Source: Flectonema sp. DT1601 (Eukaryota). From it: 64,000 bases of DNA. A program made the translations under genes and the position numbers. This document shows positions 34,267 to 47,792 of this stretch, in pieces (position 1 is the stretch's first letter; the number at the start of each line of letters is the position of its first letter). The notes beneath the pieces are model-generated. The model had not been told where the DNA came from. It saw only the letters and a list, made by a program, of their open reading frames with translations, and made no database searches. The stretch spans positions 558,001 through 622,000 of the forward strand of contig OZ025783.1 in assembly GCA_964019425.1 (NCBI GenBank), read 5' to 3'.

Positions 34267-37200
34267 ATGGAATCGAGTACAGAATTAAGTGTCGGACAGA
34301 AGGAGAAACAGACAAGAGAAGAAGACGAGGCTGAATTCTTGGCACATACGTTGCCGTTATTTCCAATACTAGGAAGCCTTGGTGTACTGTGGCCATCGCT
34401 TGTCAGTACCACAGCAATACTCATCACTTGTATTCAACCGCTGTCGTATATTTTAAATGCCCATTGGTCATGGGGAACAAGCGTTGGTAGGCTATCTGAA
34501 GTTAGTTACTTTTTCTTACTTCCTTTTTGGGATACGAAGTACCCCTACCACTGGGGAGGGCTAGCTTCATTGGTGGCATTTTGGGTGTTGATTTTCTTTA
34601 CGACAACACTCACTGTTGTGATTGTGTTCTGTTTAAAAGTTGATCTTCTGAAGGGAAAACCTCTCGTAACATTCAGAGTTGCAGTTCATCTTGTCACATC
34701 AACAGCTTTAATGCCAAGTCTTTTAATTATCATGTCAGCTATGGTTTGCGATTCTGACAAGGTTAATGTGTACCTGACACCTGACGTTTCATGCGCCAGC
34801 CCAACTCATTATTTGGCAATATTCGCGGGGTCGATATCATACTGTCTTATTGCATTGTATGCATGCACTGTAAGGACACTGTTGTATGTCGATACTCCTT
34901 TTTCACAAGTTAGAACCGCAAGGTGTCATCATTATAATGAAGTAATATCTCTTTGTTATGAAATCATAACACCGATTCTGTACGTTAATTTGATAGCAAG
35001 CAACAAACACCAGCTATTTGCAAGTTTGCATAGTATCGCAACATTCTTGTTGGCGGTGTCTTATGCCTTTATCCTTCCATATTACAACGACACTTCGAAT
35101 GTGGTTAAGGTTTCATCATATTTCACTGCGAGCGTAACGTCTGCGATAGCCTCAGGTTTGGAATGGGAAGTGACTCAAAGAAATGCAGACATTTCGTTGT
35201 TGATTATTACTTTTATTCTATGCTGGTCGATAGGAATCTCGGTGGTACGTTTTGGGCGAATGAATGGACAGGCTCAAGCAGCATGTAGGAGTATTAGATT
35301 AAATCCGAGGGACTATGTTGAAGAAGTGTTAGAAAGTAATTTAAAATACCCAACCAGATTACCATGGCATGATTTATCGTTTGGGAATTTCTCAAAATAT
35401 GAAGAGGCATTGACTCCTAGCAAGGATACCGATAGCGTTACGGAAGTGGATGCTGTTTTGATTTCTAAAGTGAAACCTGTTCCAACAATGAGAGTCCCTG
35501 GCCTGACTTGTATATACCTACCTACTGATATAGAACTGTGTTGCAGACTCCTTCGTGAATATTGTCAATCTGTAGAAGAGATGCCGACACCGAAAATGCT
35601 TCTTTACTACGGTCGAATCTACAACAAGGGGATATGTAAGTATCCTGACTGTTTAATGTTACGCTATCACTTTGCTTTGTTCTTAGCAAATTATTGTGAG
35701 CAGTATCCCATGGCTTTGTCTGAAGTTCGGAAACTACAAAAAGAGGATCTCTCTATTCCCCTCATCTATCGACTTTATAAATTCAGTACCCTCCTGAAAA
35801 GTGTATTAAATATCAGAGATTGTACCCATCAAAAGGTTCTTCAAAGAGCAAGATCTCTTCACAAGCAAACTCTTGGGTATATGGTCAGCTTTTGGGTTAA
35901 ACTGCTCAGTGATAAATTTGACACGTTAGATATTGCACAGTTAGCCAACACGATAACTGAGAAGAGAGATGAAGGAATGCAAGTTTTCGAAGAAGCTGTT
36001 GCAACAAAATGCGACATAGCAACTGCTCTTGGATATGCAAAGTTCTTAGAACAAGTAATGTTAGACGTAACTGGTGCTCAACTTGTAAGAGAAAAGATTC
36101 TCGAACCCAATGATGACAAATCAGTAAAGTCTGGTTCACTACATTGTCAATCACAAACCGAAGAACTTCGCAATCATATTATCAAATCATTCGGTAATAA
36201 ACGTCTTCGTAAGACGAAGAGTAAAACAATAAACAGATTGTCAGCTGAGATGCACATCTTATTCGTTGTGTTTGCCATCATAATTGCTGGGGTTGGTGTT
36301 TTAAATACGATTCTTGGCACCCGCAGAAACGAATTAGTTAGCACCGCACACGAAGCAGGAGATCTTCGGGCACTCGTTGTTCACGGAGCATATATTTCCA
36401 GGAGAATTAGACATGCAGCAGAAATAGAGAAAATGGGCGATTCTGCCTGTAGGAAAGCAGTATGTAACCCTCTTGGGAAAGTTCAGGGAACGAATGATTG
36501 TTCAAAGCAGTCATTTTTAAAAACTACTGAGCTGAAAGCCGAGCTCCTCAAAATGACCAACGAGATAAGAGATATAACTGGTAAACTAACATACGGTGGA
36601 CATAGGACTTCTTATGGACCGTTGATTGCTCATTATGGAACACAGTCGACTGAAATAATAACAGTGGCTGGGAATGACACTGGTTCTGCTCGTCTTGCAG
36701 GTCTTTGGGAAGTAATATTATTAGCAATCGCTTCCTTTGAGTCGATCTTAGATTCTGATATGCCGTGCTTGACTGAAGGTGCTCCACAAGCCTTCTTAGA
36801 TGAGAACAGTCTGTTCGCTCTATCTCATTCTATGAACGTCTCTCTCAACTTATACGAAGAACAGTTTGAATTAGCAATGACTGAGGGTTTAGTTATAAAT
36901 ATCTTTTTGTTTTTTGGAGGACTGTTTGTGGTTATATGTGTATACTTCGTGTTGGAGATAAACTTCTTGAAGATCGGGATGGCGAAGATGGAAACGTTAA
37001 ACTTATTTGCACTGATACCAAAGAACACAGTAACAGACATTCACGCAGACAGTAGCGATCATTTATTGAATTTTGAAATTGCTGATACCCAGCCGAGTGG
37101 TGATAGTTCTGCGTCTGTTGTAAATGATGAAGACAACGAGCAGATCGCTGATGAAGATGGAGAAACTGCATTTGCGAAAATATTTAGTAAAAATACGGCA

Positions 37201-40200
37201 AAAGCTGATGGGGCGTACATCAAACATAAATCTGATACGGAAAAGTCTGTTCTTGGAAAAGAACGTCAAGTTGTACGCCAACGTTTTGATGACGATGAAA
37301 TGACTCAATTAGACGACGACGCCACTAACATCGAATCAAAAAGAAGCTACTGGTCACGCTACGGACATATCTTATTGTGGGGTGGTCGTGGACTGTCAGT
37401 AGCAGTCTGGTTGGTTACTTTTATTCTTTTCTTTATCGCGAGAGGTCTGATGCAGGATGACATTAATGGTTCCCTTGTCGAACTCGACTACGAGAACATC
37501 AGATCTCAACTGTTAAGAGACATCAGAACTTGGGAGAAGAATGCTCAATTTTATTCTTTAACTTGTGACTTGGATGCTTACGTGTCGTACAATGATATTT
37601 CTGACAAGAGGGTTTTGGAAAAAACTCTTTCAGCATTGCAGCTACTGGTGTCCACTCCTCATTATCATTTAGAAATTACGGAGGGTATGAAAAAACTAAG
37701 AGAAACTCACGATTATGTAATGCGAACCAATCGCTGTGACAATCCTCTGAAGGAATACTTTGTTGATGACTACTACGATGGGTCATTGGTTGGACTGTTT
37801 GAGAAGGAGGAACACGTCGTAGCAAAAAAGAAACTATTTGATGCAGTTTCAGCAATGAATCATATAATACCAAGACCTGCTGCAAGTCACGATGTGCTGC
37901 TGTTAGTTGCCGTTCTCGAAATCGTTCTCGCAGCGATGTTTCTTTTGCTCCCAAGTCATTCTTCTCACAGCACTGTAAGTAATATTTTATTTAAACTGTG
38001 TTCAGTTGTCACAGTTGTAAATATGTTGTTCACTTTTGCGTGTCTCAGGAATGTTGATATCGTGAATTCACTTCGAGTCAACATGTTGGACATTCAAACA
38101 GCAACTGATAAAATGGAAACAGTTTTATTCAGCAGTGAATCATCACTCTACGCTTACATATCTTATAGAGACCTCGAACACTACGAGGGTGTTGAAAACC
38201 ACCATGTCGGTGATGCTGTTGCAGAAGTAGTCCAGCTTCTGATTAAAGAAGGATACTCGTACGATTCTCTTTCTCAACTTCAAGATAAAATAGCAGAATA
38301 TTCAATGCAACATGGCCATGCTGTTGTCGCAGCAGCTTTATCGAATAACCATGAATTAGCAGAGATAATGACTGTTCATCTTCTTACAATGGACATACGA
38401 GGATTAAATAATAGCGAACTGTATGCAAAGGCACAGTACACTATTAGATCAAAGGAATACGTAAATTCGTTTAAGGAATTTCATACGGTCCTCGAGGAAC
38501 TAAACCTTTACAGCTATGATGTGTTTAAAGGAAAGGAAGCACTCGCTAACAGGGACACCAAGACTATTATGGTTATTGTCCTAGCTGCGCTTATTTTAGG
38601 CCATGGCATCTTATCGGGAGTTTCTGTGTCGAAATCATCTCAAGTAACAAATACAAAAGAAAGTGCAGCTTCACCGGCAGCGCTATTCGTAGACTTAACT
38701 AGTAAGATAAGAATGTCGTTGGTAATTGTCGCCTTGATTCTTATCGCAATCTCAATATTTGAGATAAAAGCAGTTCTTGTAAGCAGAGATCTCGCTCCCA
38801 GGATTAATCAAGCATCATCACGTGAATGGCTCGTATGTCGTGGAATCTTATCCAGTCAGCAATACCTCGAGAGGTCAGTTGGCTCAACCTTACCCGGACA
38901 TCTTAGATGGTCAAAAGAAATAGTTCACGAAGTCATAGGAGAACTCAGAGAAAGTAGCGATCGATTATATTTTGGACCAGGCAGTAAGAAAGACTTTACA
39001 GCATTGGAGGTGTTCGGGCCAACGAAGTCGAAGAATAGCAGGACGCAGTGCGCGAATGTTGACTACATTCCATTTATCGATGTTGACAGTGAATGCAGAA
39101 GATTTTCTTCTCGCATTCTGGAATTGCGATATGAAGACTCTCACGAACAGTTGTCTAATGACGATATGTTGACTTACGTTGAACATGTTCTCACTGCTCT
39201 TCGTGACAACACGAGGAAGTTTGAACAACGGGCAAAAAAGGAAATCAGCAAACAGCAACTATCGTTAACTATTTTATTATCAATAATGGTAGCAGTTCTG
39301 GTCCTCGAGTACGTAATCGTATTCGAGCCAGTCACAGCTCGTTTACAACGAGAAGAAGAAGCAACAAAACTCATGCTGCGAATGATTCCTGAAAAGGAAC
39401 GCCGTACCGTAGGTGCTATTGTTGAATATCTTGAAACAGGTAAGATCACAACGAATACTAAACTTCAGGAAGTATCAGAAGCTGTCAGTGAGATGAATAC
39501 GATTCCAACTATTGCTATTGATGGTTACGGCACGGTTTTAAAGTTCTCAAAATTAGCTGAAGAACTATTCGGATTCACTGACCGAGAAGTAATCGGATGT
39601 AATGTTAAAAAGATCATCCCTGAAGACATTGCTAAAAATCACGACTTCTACCTTGCTCGATACCGCAAAACAGGAGTACGACACATAGTCGGTTCGGATA
39701 GAAATGTTAAGGGACAGAAGAAGGATGGAACCCTCTTCCCAGCTAATATTTGTGTGAGAGAATCTCGGAGGGGTAGAAAATCAATTTTCATTGGATTTGT
39801 CACTGATATTACACTTGACCTCGAAAATGCCCGTGCCACTCAACTAAACGCCACAATTTCGAAAACCAGCTCCACCCCCTTTGTCTGCGCAAATCAAAAA
39901 GGAGGCATAATAAGATGGAATAAGGCTGCTGTAGACGTATTTGGTTTTACCGAAAAAGAAGCATTGCAATGTAATTTGAAAGTTTTGATGACGCCCGAGG
40001 TTGCTGAAAAACACGACTCCTACATTGAAACGTATCTCAGAACTAAAAAGAAAACTGTAATAGGAAATACTGTTCGCCAAGTTGCTGTTCGAAAGGGAGG
40101 TGAAACATTTCCAATAGAGCTACGCGTTGAGGAGTTGATGTGGACGGGATCAGAACGAATCTTTAATGCTTGCGTAAAAGATATAACAAGCGTATGTTTT

Positions 40201-43200
40201 ACTTCTCATTATTTTATTAATCAAAACAAATAATTTCATCAACACATTCAATCAGGTTGTTAGGGCTACTCGACTAGTAGCCATTCATGAGATTATGATG
40301 AGAATGTCACCAACTCCGATGGTAATGGCGGGTCAGACTGGTATCATAACTCAGGTAAATCCTCAGGCTGAACTGGAGTTGGGGTGGACATCTCGCGACG
40401 CCGTTGGCAAAAATGTTAAAATATTACAACCAGACAACGTGAAAGCAAAACATGACGGCTATCTATCCGCCTATGTCAAGACGGGAAAGAAGAAAATGAT
40501 TGGCAAGACTGCTGATGTGAAATTAATCAGAAAAGACGGAACGTCTTACGATGTGGCCTTGAGTGTGAGGTCAGTATCACCTCCTCCTGATAGTTCTTTT
40601 CAACACGTCTTTCTCGCATTCTTCAGAGATCTCACAACAGATAAGAGGAATGAAGCTGTCGCATTGACGACTGCAAAGTCCGCAGCACTATCACCTACAC
40701 CATACATCTGTATAGATGAGATAGGTACTATGATGGTTTTTAATAAAGCTGCAACTCAATTAATTGGATACACAGAACAAGAAGCAGTTGGTCAGAATGT
40801 AAAAATGATTCAACCTCCCGACGTGGCAGCCAAACACGACGGTTACTTAGCAACATACAAGTTGACAGGTGAAAAACGAGCTTTGGCGTCTGTGAGGATT
40901 ATGAAATGTAGGAAAAAGACCGGAGACGTGTTTTCTTGTGAATTGAAAATAGCTGAAACAATACTGCCGACGGGGGAAAAAAGATTTTCGGGATACATCA
41001 TGGATGTCACTGTGAGAGAAACAACAATTATAAACAACGAAATGTGCGATGCCGTTGTCAGTATCTGTCCGTACCCATTGATCGCTATAAATCCACAAGG
41101 CAGAATTCAAGTATTTTCAAAAGCTGCAGCCCAACAATTTGGTCACACAACAGAATCAGTTATGAACCGCAATGTTAAAATAATTATGCCGGAAGAGTAC
41201 GCCGCAGAACACGACCGATACCTTCAGAATTATTTAGACACCGGAAAGCCGAATATAATTGGAAAGATTGGAGTACCGGTGACTGCTATGCGAGCTAATG
41301 GGGGTGTTTTTCAGGCAGAAATATCAATTCAGGAAGTGAAAAAACAACAAGTCAGGGTATTTGCTGCAGTAATCATCGACGTTGAAGCCCTTCGTGGAAA
41401 AGACGACAAACTCCGAGTAGCAAACGTAATAATGATGAAAAGTCCATCTGCGACTATCGTTATCGGAGCTACGGGTCTTATTGATGTGTTTTCTTATGAG
41501 GCTTTGAAATTATTTGGATATTCAGATTTTGAGGAAGTCAGAGGAAAAAACATTAAAATGATGATGCCAGAAAAACGTGCCGAAATGCACGACCACTATC
41601 TTTCAATGTACGCAAAGAAGGGAATTAAAAATGTTATTGGAAGAGACTTCAGAGAACTTGGAAAGCGTTTAGACGGTACTGAAGTAGAACTCGCCTTCGC
41701 AATTAGAGAACACGCGATCACAGACATGTTTGGAGTTCGTTGGACTAAGTTTATAGCATACGCGACAGACACACGAGAGGCATATCTCGCGGAGCAGGCG
41801 AACGTTCTTAACGAAGTTGCTGTTGACATGGCTGACTTACCATTTGTCAGACTTTCCTTAACCGGAAAGATAGTGAGAATTAATAGAGAAGCTGAAGAGT
41901 GTTTTCAATACACTTCTAGAGAAGCAATTGGAATGAACATCAGAATGTTCATGCCTGAAGAGATCGCTTCAAAGCACGATGGCTATCTCGCAAAGTATCG
42001 AAAGACGGGTACGAAAACTGTGATTAATCAAACAACCCGACAAACTGGTATTAGGAAAAATGGAAAAACATTCCCCGTTGAGATATGTGTGAGAGAATTA
42101 GAAGAAGTAGATGGTCAGATGTGGTATTGCGGATCTATCAGAGATATTACGGCCAGAACTATTGAAGAACAAGAGCTAGACAGAGCAAAGAAGATAGTTT
42201 CACTGACATCAGAACCAATGGTCTGTATCGATGCTAAGGGTATCATGTTAGAAGCAAATGTTGCTTTATCAAATTTAACCGGTTTCGACGTTGGCACTCT
42301 TAAAGGTTCAAATATTAAAATACTAATGCCTGAAGAAATCTCTGTCAAACACGACCAGTACCTTAAAAGTTATCTTAAAACCCGAGAAAGAACAATCATC
42401 GGAGGTGAACCTCGTAATATTGTATTCAAAACACGTCGCGGAGAATTAAACGAAACCTCCATTAGAGTTCAAGAATTAGAGGGTGAAGGCATCTATGTTG
42501 GATTCTTTTCAGTTGATTTTCAAGAAAATCTTTTATCAGAAACAAATCAAAAGACTCACGAGGCGTTATTTAAACTTCTAATCAACCCAACACTTATGAT
42601 GACCCACTTGGGGATAATAAAAGAAGCCAGTGTCTCTTGTGAATCATTTGGCTTTGCAAGAAGTGATCTGGTTGGGTCAAACATAACTATGATACAGCCT
42701 CCTGAAGTGGCGTCGGTTCACGATGATATTTTAGCAACTTATACCAAAACAAGAATACCACACGTTATTGGTTCTGAAAGGAGAATTAAAGTTCAGAAGA
42801 AGGATGGAGTTCTCGTTGAGCATAGAATCATAGTAAAGGAAGTTACTCCACCAGACCATCCTGAACCACTTTTTCTCGGCGAACTCACCGACACTTCTGG
42901 TGAAGACTTAGCGACAAAGACCTTTTCAAAAATGAATTCTCTTTTACAACAAGCTCCGTTTGGTATTTTTAAAGTCTCTGAAATTGGTACTGTTGAGTTA
43001 GTAAACAAATATACAGAAATATTCGGCTATGAAGAAAAAGAATACCTCGGCCAAAATATAAAAATGATTACGGGAGTACACAAAGAAAGACACGATATGT
43101 ACTTACAAAAATATAAAGAAACTCGAGTGAAACACATCATTGATACTTCGCAGAGATTAAAAGCAGAAACTAAAGACGGAACACAACTTGACGTTAATGT

Positions 43201-44401
43201 TACAGTCAGAGAAATTGAAGGAAAGAATGGAATGTTTCCTCCAGTATTTGTCGCATGTGTCTCTGACGCCTCACAAGAAATTAAGATGGAAGCAGCTCAC
43301 TGTCAATCAAAATTTATGCTGGACAATATACCATTGCCACTTGTTGTGACTGATACTGAAGGTGTCATTAGCAAGTTCTCGTTATCATTTGAAAGGACCT
43401 TTGGATGGAAATCATCGCCAGTCGGTAGCAATATCACCTCCATCCAACCTCGTAAAGTAGCTGAAAAACATGGTGGTTATCTGAAGGCGTACTTACAAAG
43501 TGGAGTGAAAACCGTGATGGATACGAAAACAGTAGTTACAGCATCGAGTATTCAAGGTGAGCGAATTAAAGTTGAATTATGGATCAAAGAGTTTGCAATT
43601 AGAAATCAAAAACACTACGTTGGGTTCATTAGGGATCTTCGATACACTACCGCAGCTGAAGATTCAAAGCGAACTGGTGAAATTATTGCAACCAATTGCT
43701 CTGCTTCGATAGTTTGCATTACTGAAAAGGGAATTATAAAACAGGTAAATCCTGCGTTCTTATCTTTGACAAAGTATGCAGAGGAAGATCTGATAGACAA
43801 CAACATTCGTCATATTATGCCGGAGCCGCACCGTACCAACCATGACAGCTACCTCGCAAATTACATGGAAACTAAAATAACAAAAGTTATAAACGCTACT
43901 ACTGCAGTAAGCATCATCTCACGAAGTAATACGGAAATAGCAGTTCAACTAACTGTCAAACAATTAGATAGGATTGGTGAGCCTCCAATGTTTTTGGGTA
44001 GTATCAAAGATGCGAGGGAAGAGTTAATCTTAGAAAGGGTTTCAAAGCAATCTCAGATCCTACAAGAACTCTGTCCAGAGACGGTTATTACTTTAACAAA
44101 CAAGGGAATAATTCATAATGTAAATCTCGCATGCAGTGTTATTGGTTACACTCCTGAAGAATTAATTAACAACAACATTACAATGATTATGGACCCAGCC
44201 ATTGCTCCTGAACATCCAGGGTATCTCAAACGTTACGAAGACACTGGAGAGAAACGAGCTATCGGTAAGCAAACTGCAGTTAAAGTCTTAAATAAGGATG
44301 GCATCCTTAGAGCGGGTATACTGCTTCTGCGAGAATGTGGCACCCAAAGTTCGAAAGGTGAAAATAAACAAACTTTTTTTGTTGGTTTTATCACCTTTTA
44401 A
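34267..44401 (+). CDS. TmcB-like polytopic membrane protein with TPR-like region, TM-flanked extracytoplasmic helical modules and 13 tandem FixL-like PAS domains; 2 exons, ~3356 aa
   Basis: Exons 34267-40191 and 40256-44401 joined in frame by a 64-nt GTATGT...CAG intron; N-terminal hydrophobic cluster; 13 repeats of N(V/I)x2-3(M/Q)P...H(D/G/P)xYL..Y..(T/S)(G/R/K). Confidence 0.88.
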
Positions 44402-45255
44402 TTTATTTTTACGTTCTATTCATCTCCCGAAGTCTCCATTGTATGCTTTACAGCGTCTTTGAGTTGGGGAGTTTTTTTTTTTTTTTTTTCCATTCATTCT
44501 TCTGGTGAGGGTTTGCTTCTGGACTTAAGCAGTTGGTGATTGTTCTTTACTGATGGAAAAGGAAATGAAATGAAAAAAAAATAAATAAAAAAAAATAGGA
44601 TCTTTTTGTTGTTTGTCATGTTTCTTTTTAAACGACATTGTTGTTGGGCTTTAAAAGTTACCTCTTGCCTATATATCCCTTATGATGTATTCTGAAGTTT
44701 TTTTTTTTTTTTTTTTTTTAAATTTATAACTACACTTATTCATTTTGACGTTGTTTGTGTCTTTTCGCTGACTGTTTCCACAGCCAGAGATCGGATCAAA
44801 CAAGAGATATTTTTTAATTACCTCTCTAGTTTCTTTTTTTTTCTTGTTCATTTTTTATGTGCTGTCACGGTGTTGCTTATAAATAGTAACCATCAAAAAC
44901 ACATTCATTCCAAGCACATGTTAGTTCCTCAAAGAGCCTGATGAAGCGGTGAAGTAAGTAAAAAAAAGGTAAAGAAGAAAAAAACAAAATAAATAAAAAT
45001 ACCCAAGCATGCTCGCTCCCCCTACAATCTTAACATTATTTTATAGGTGGTAGGTTAGAGTTTTTGGTGAGGTTTTTATTTATTTTTTTTTTTTTCTGAA
45101 CCTAACAGGAAAAACACACTAAACATGAGGAAGAGGTTTTGTCATTTATTTTCCTCCCCCTCGTTTATTATTGTTTTGTACATTGTCATTCACTGAGATT
45201 ATTATCTCTGTTTTAAATAATTTTTTATTCTTAAAAAGCATTCCCATCCACTACA

Positions 45256-45777
45256 ATGGGAGGAATACACACTCGACTTACTGAGTCTCAAGGAATTGAA
45301 GAGCTTACAATAAATAAACGACCTGACTGGGTACCTGATGAAGCAACCACCGTATGCCGTAAATGTGATAAACATTTTAATGGACTTAGAAGAAGACATC
45401 ATTGCAGAGCTTGTGGACAGTTGTTTTGTAGTCATTGTGTAGGTCTTGGAATGTTAGGTAGTTTGGGGTATAAAGGACCTGTATTACAGTGTCATGTTTG
45501 TATGGAACAACTACTACATCAATTCAAACATCAAATATCAACGTTAGTCCTCCCTCGTACTGCTGATACGGAATCTGATGATGAAACTGAAGACGCATTG
45601 ATACCAATTCAACTGAATTACTCTCCCAGTTTAAAAGTAACAGTACCTCAGTCACCTAATCTAGGACCACCGATACTGTCTCTTTGTAGATTAGTTTCTT
45701 CTTCGTTGTCTTCGGTGAGTCCTTCTCCTGAAAGTAGATCTGATTCATCAACACCGTATTGGGAAGGAATAAATTGA
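45256..45777 (+). CDS. FYVE zinc-finger protein (PI3P-binding)
   Basis: WVPDE...CRKC...RRHHCRACG.LFC..C...C..C; N-terminal MGGIHT could be myristoylated. Confidence 0.9.
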   Translation: MGGIHTRLTESQGIEELTINKRPDWVPDEATTVCRKCDKHFNGLRRRHHCRACGQLFCSHCVGLGMLGSLGYKGPVLQCHVCMEQLLHQFKHQISTLVLPRTADTESDDETEDALIPIQLNYSPSLKVTVPQSPNLGPPILSLCRLVSSSLSSVSPSPESRSDSSTPYWEGIN

Positions 45778-47792
45778 TTCTTCTTAAATATAAGATACGA
45801 ATCCTTCTTATGCCAGTGCTAATCTGGAGACTCAATACATTCGAGTTATTCAAGTCACTCATCATGTTGACAGATCTCAACAAAATGGTGACTCCATTAC
45901 TGTTTGAGATATTTAACATTCCTATTTGGATTTGTTTCTTAAATCTTATCAAACAAAGTAGTTTATCTTTCGAATGAGATGATTTCCTTGGATGGAACAA
46001 TAGGCTATCCTGGTGAACACGTTATGTAAGTGAGAAATAAAATAAAATAAAAAATGACATAATACAAAAAAGTTTATTTGATGTTATTCAAATGCAGCCT
46101 TTGCGGTAATTTTTTTTTTTTTTTTTTTTTGGTGTGGACAAAAAAAAAAAAAAAGAATGCTGTAACAGGAAAAGAAGTGCGCCTGTCATGTGGAATAGAA
46201 TATGTCTTGGGGGTTGTAGGTCACGCGTTTTTTTTTACCCCTGTGTGTTTTCTTCTCGACAAGGAAAATAACAATAATAATAATAATAAAACGGAGTAGG
46301 AATAGATCGTCAAAGTAGGCATTACGTCCCACCCATTGCGGTTGATGTTTATCTCTGAAACATTCTTTTTATTATGCGTCTTTGGTCGCTGACCGTTACA
46401 AGTGTTGTTTGGTGTTTGTGGTGTTCTTTTCTGCTTTAGTTGGAACATCGAGGATGCAACTTCTTGTTCTTTTTTTTTTTTTTTTTAAATACTTGCGAGT
46501 AAAAAAGTTATATACAATTTTACACTATTCTACCTGATGAAAAGTCACAACAAAATATCCTTCGCATTTCCCCCCTCTTATTTTTCCTTATTATTGTATT
46601 TTGCTAATTAATTGTTGGGATTTAGATCTTTTTTTTTTTTTATTTTGTTTTCTTATTTCTAAAGTGATTAGAAAAGGGAACCCAATTCAGTAAAACATTT
46701 TTTGGGCGTCGTGAAAAAAAAAATAGTTTTTGTTCATTTTGGTCATCTTTTTTTTTGTAGTTTAATATTGTTGGCTTTGAGTATGAAGCTGTAAGAAATA
46801 AAAAAAACAGTTCTGTTTCCCGTAGTTTTTAAAATTTCTCGTTTTTTTTTTTCTTTTTTTTTTTTTTGCCCCCCTTTCCCCTTTCAGTTTAGCCTTATTA
46901 CTTATTTTAGTATTAAAAAGTTATTACTGTTTTCTACATTGTCAAACAATCACTCTGCTGTCTTTCCTTCACTATAACACTTTTTTCTGTGGCTCACACT
47001 ATCGTGTTTTTGAGTTCACCTTTTGAGACTAATTTAAAAAAAGAAAAAAGAAAAAAAAAAACAGTTGTAGTTGATTTTTTTTTGTTCTACTGCCTTACCT
47101 TTTCCACTCAAATCACGAGAACGTAATTAGTATTGATGAGCTACTCACGCTTTGCATAATTTAATTTTTATTTTTTTTTGGAAGAGAGCATCTTTTGTGG
47201 TTACTTCTGTTCATTTTTTTTTCTTCTGTTTTTAAGAAATGTTTAAACACTTCAAATACATTTCTTCTGGTTGGGTTTGCTTCATGGTTCATGGTTGAAA
47301 GTTAAAGAGTCGAAGGAACTGAGAGATTGTTGTTAGTATCTGAAACAACATCGATCTTCATTAGGATGATATTTTATCCTTTTTTTGTTTTCTTTTTGAA
47401 GTGGAGGATCGATGTGGTGTGGTGTAGGCTAACTTTTTTTTTTTGCAAACACATTTTGTATGTGCTTTCTGGTGACATTCCTCAATCAAAATGTCAAGTT
47501 AGTGTTGTTACTGTCTTTGACTCCGTGTGGTGATTTGTTGGAATTTAATTTTTTTTAATTTTTTTTTTTTTGGCTTTAAAAGCCATTAGGAATGTTCCTG
47601 CAAAAACGTGTCTCAGTTTCATCGGCTCGTCACAACTCACGAGAGTTACGTGAAGCAAAACTACTCCCTTTTTTTTATTGTTATTATTTTATTAAAAAAA
47701 AAAAAGAAATCAAATTGTGACCGACATATGGCATTGTTATTGTTATTTATTATTATTTTTTTTTTGTTATTTAAATCTGTTTAGTTATTATT

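Noticed and set aside
45756..45822. Possible 39-nt intron giving the FYVE protein a CQC terminus
   Set aside because: Donor GTATTG and acceptor TAAG fit the local consensus poorly and nothing independent supports it
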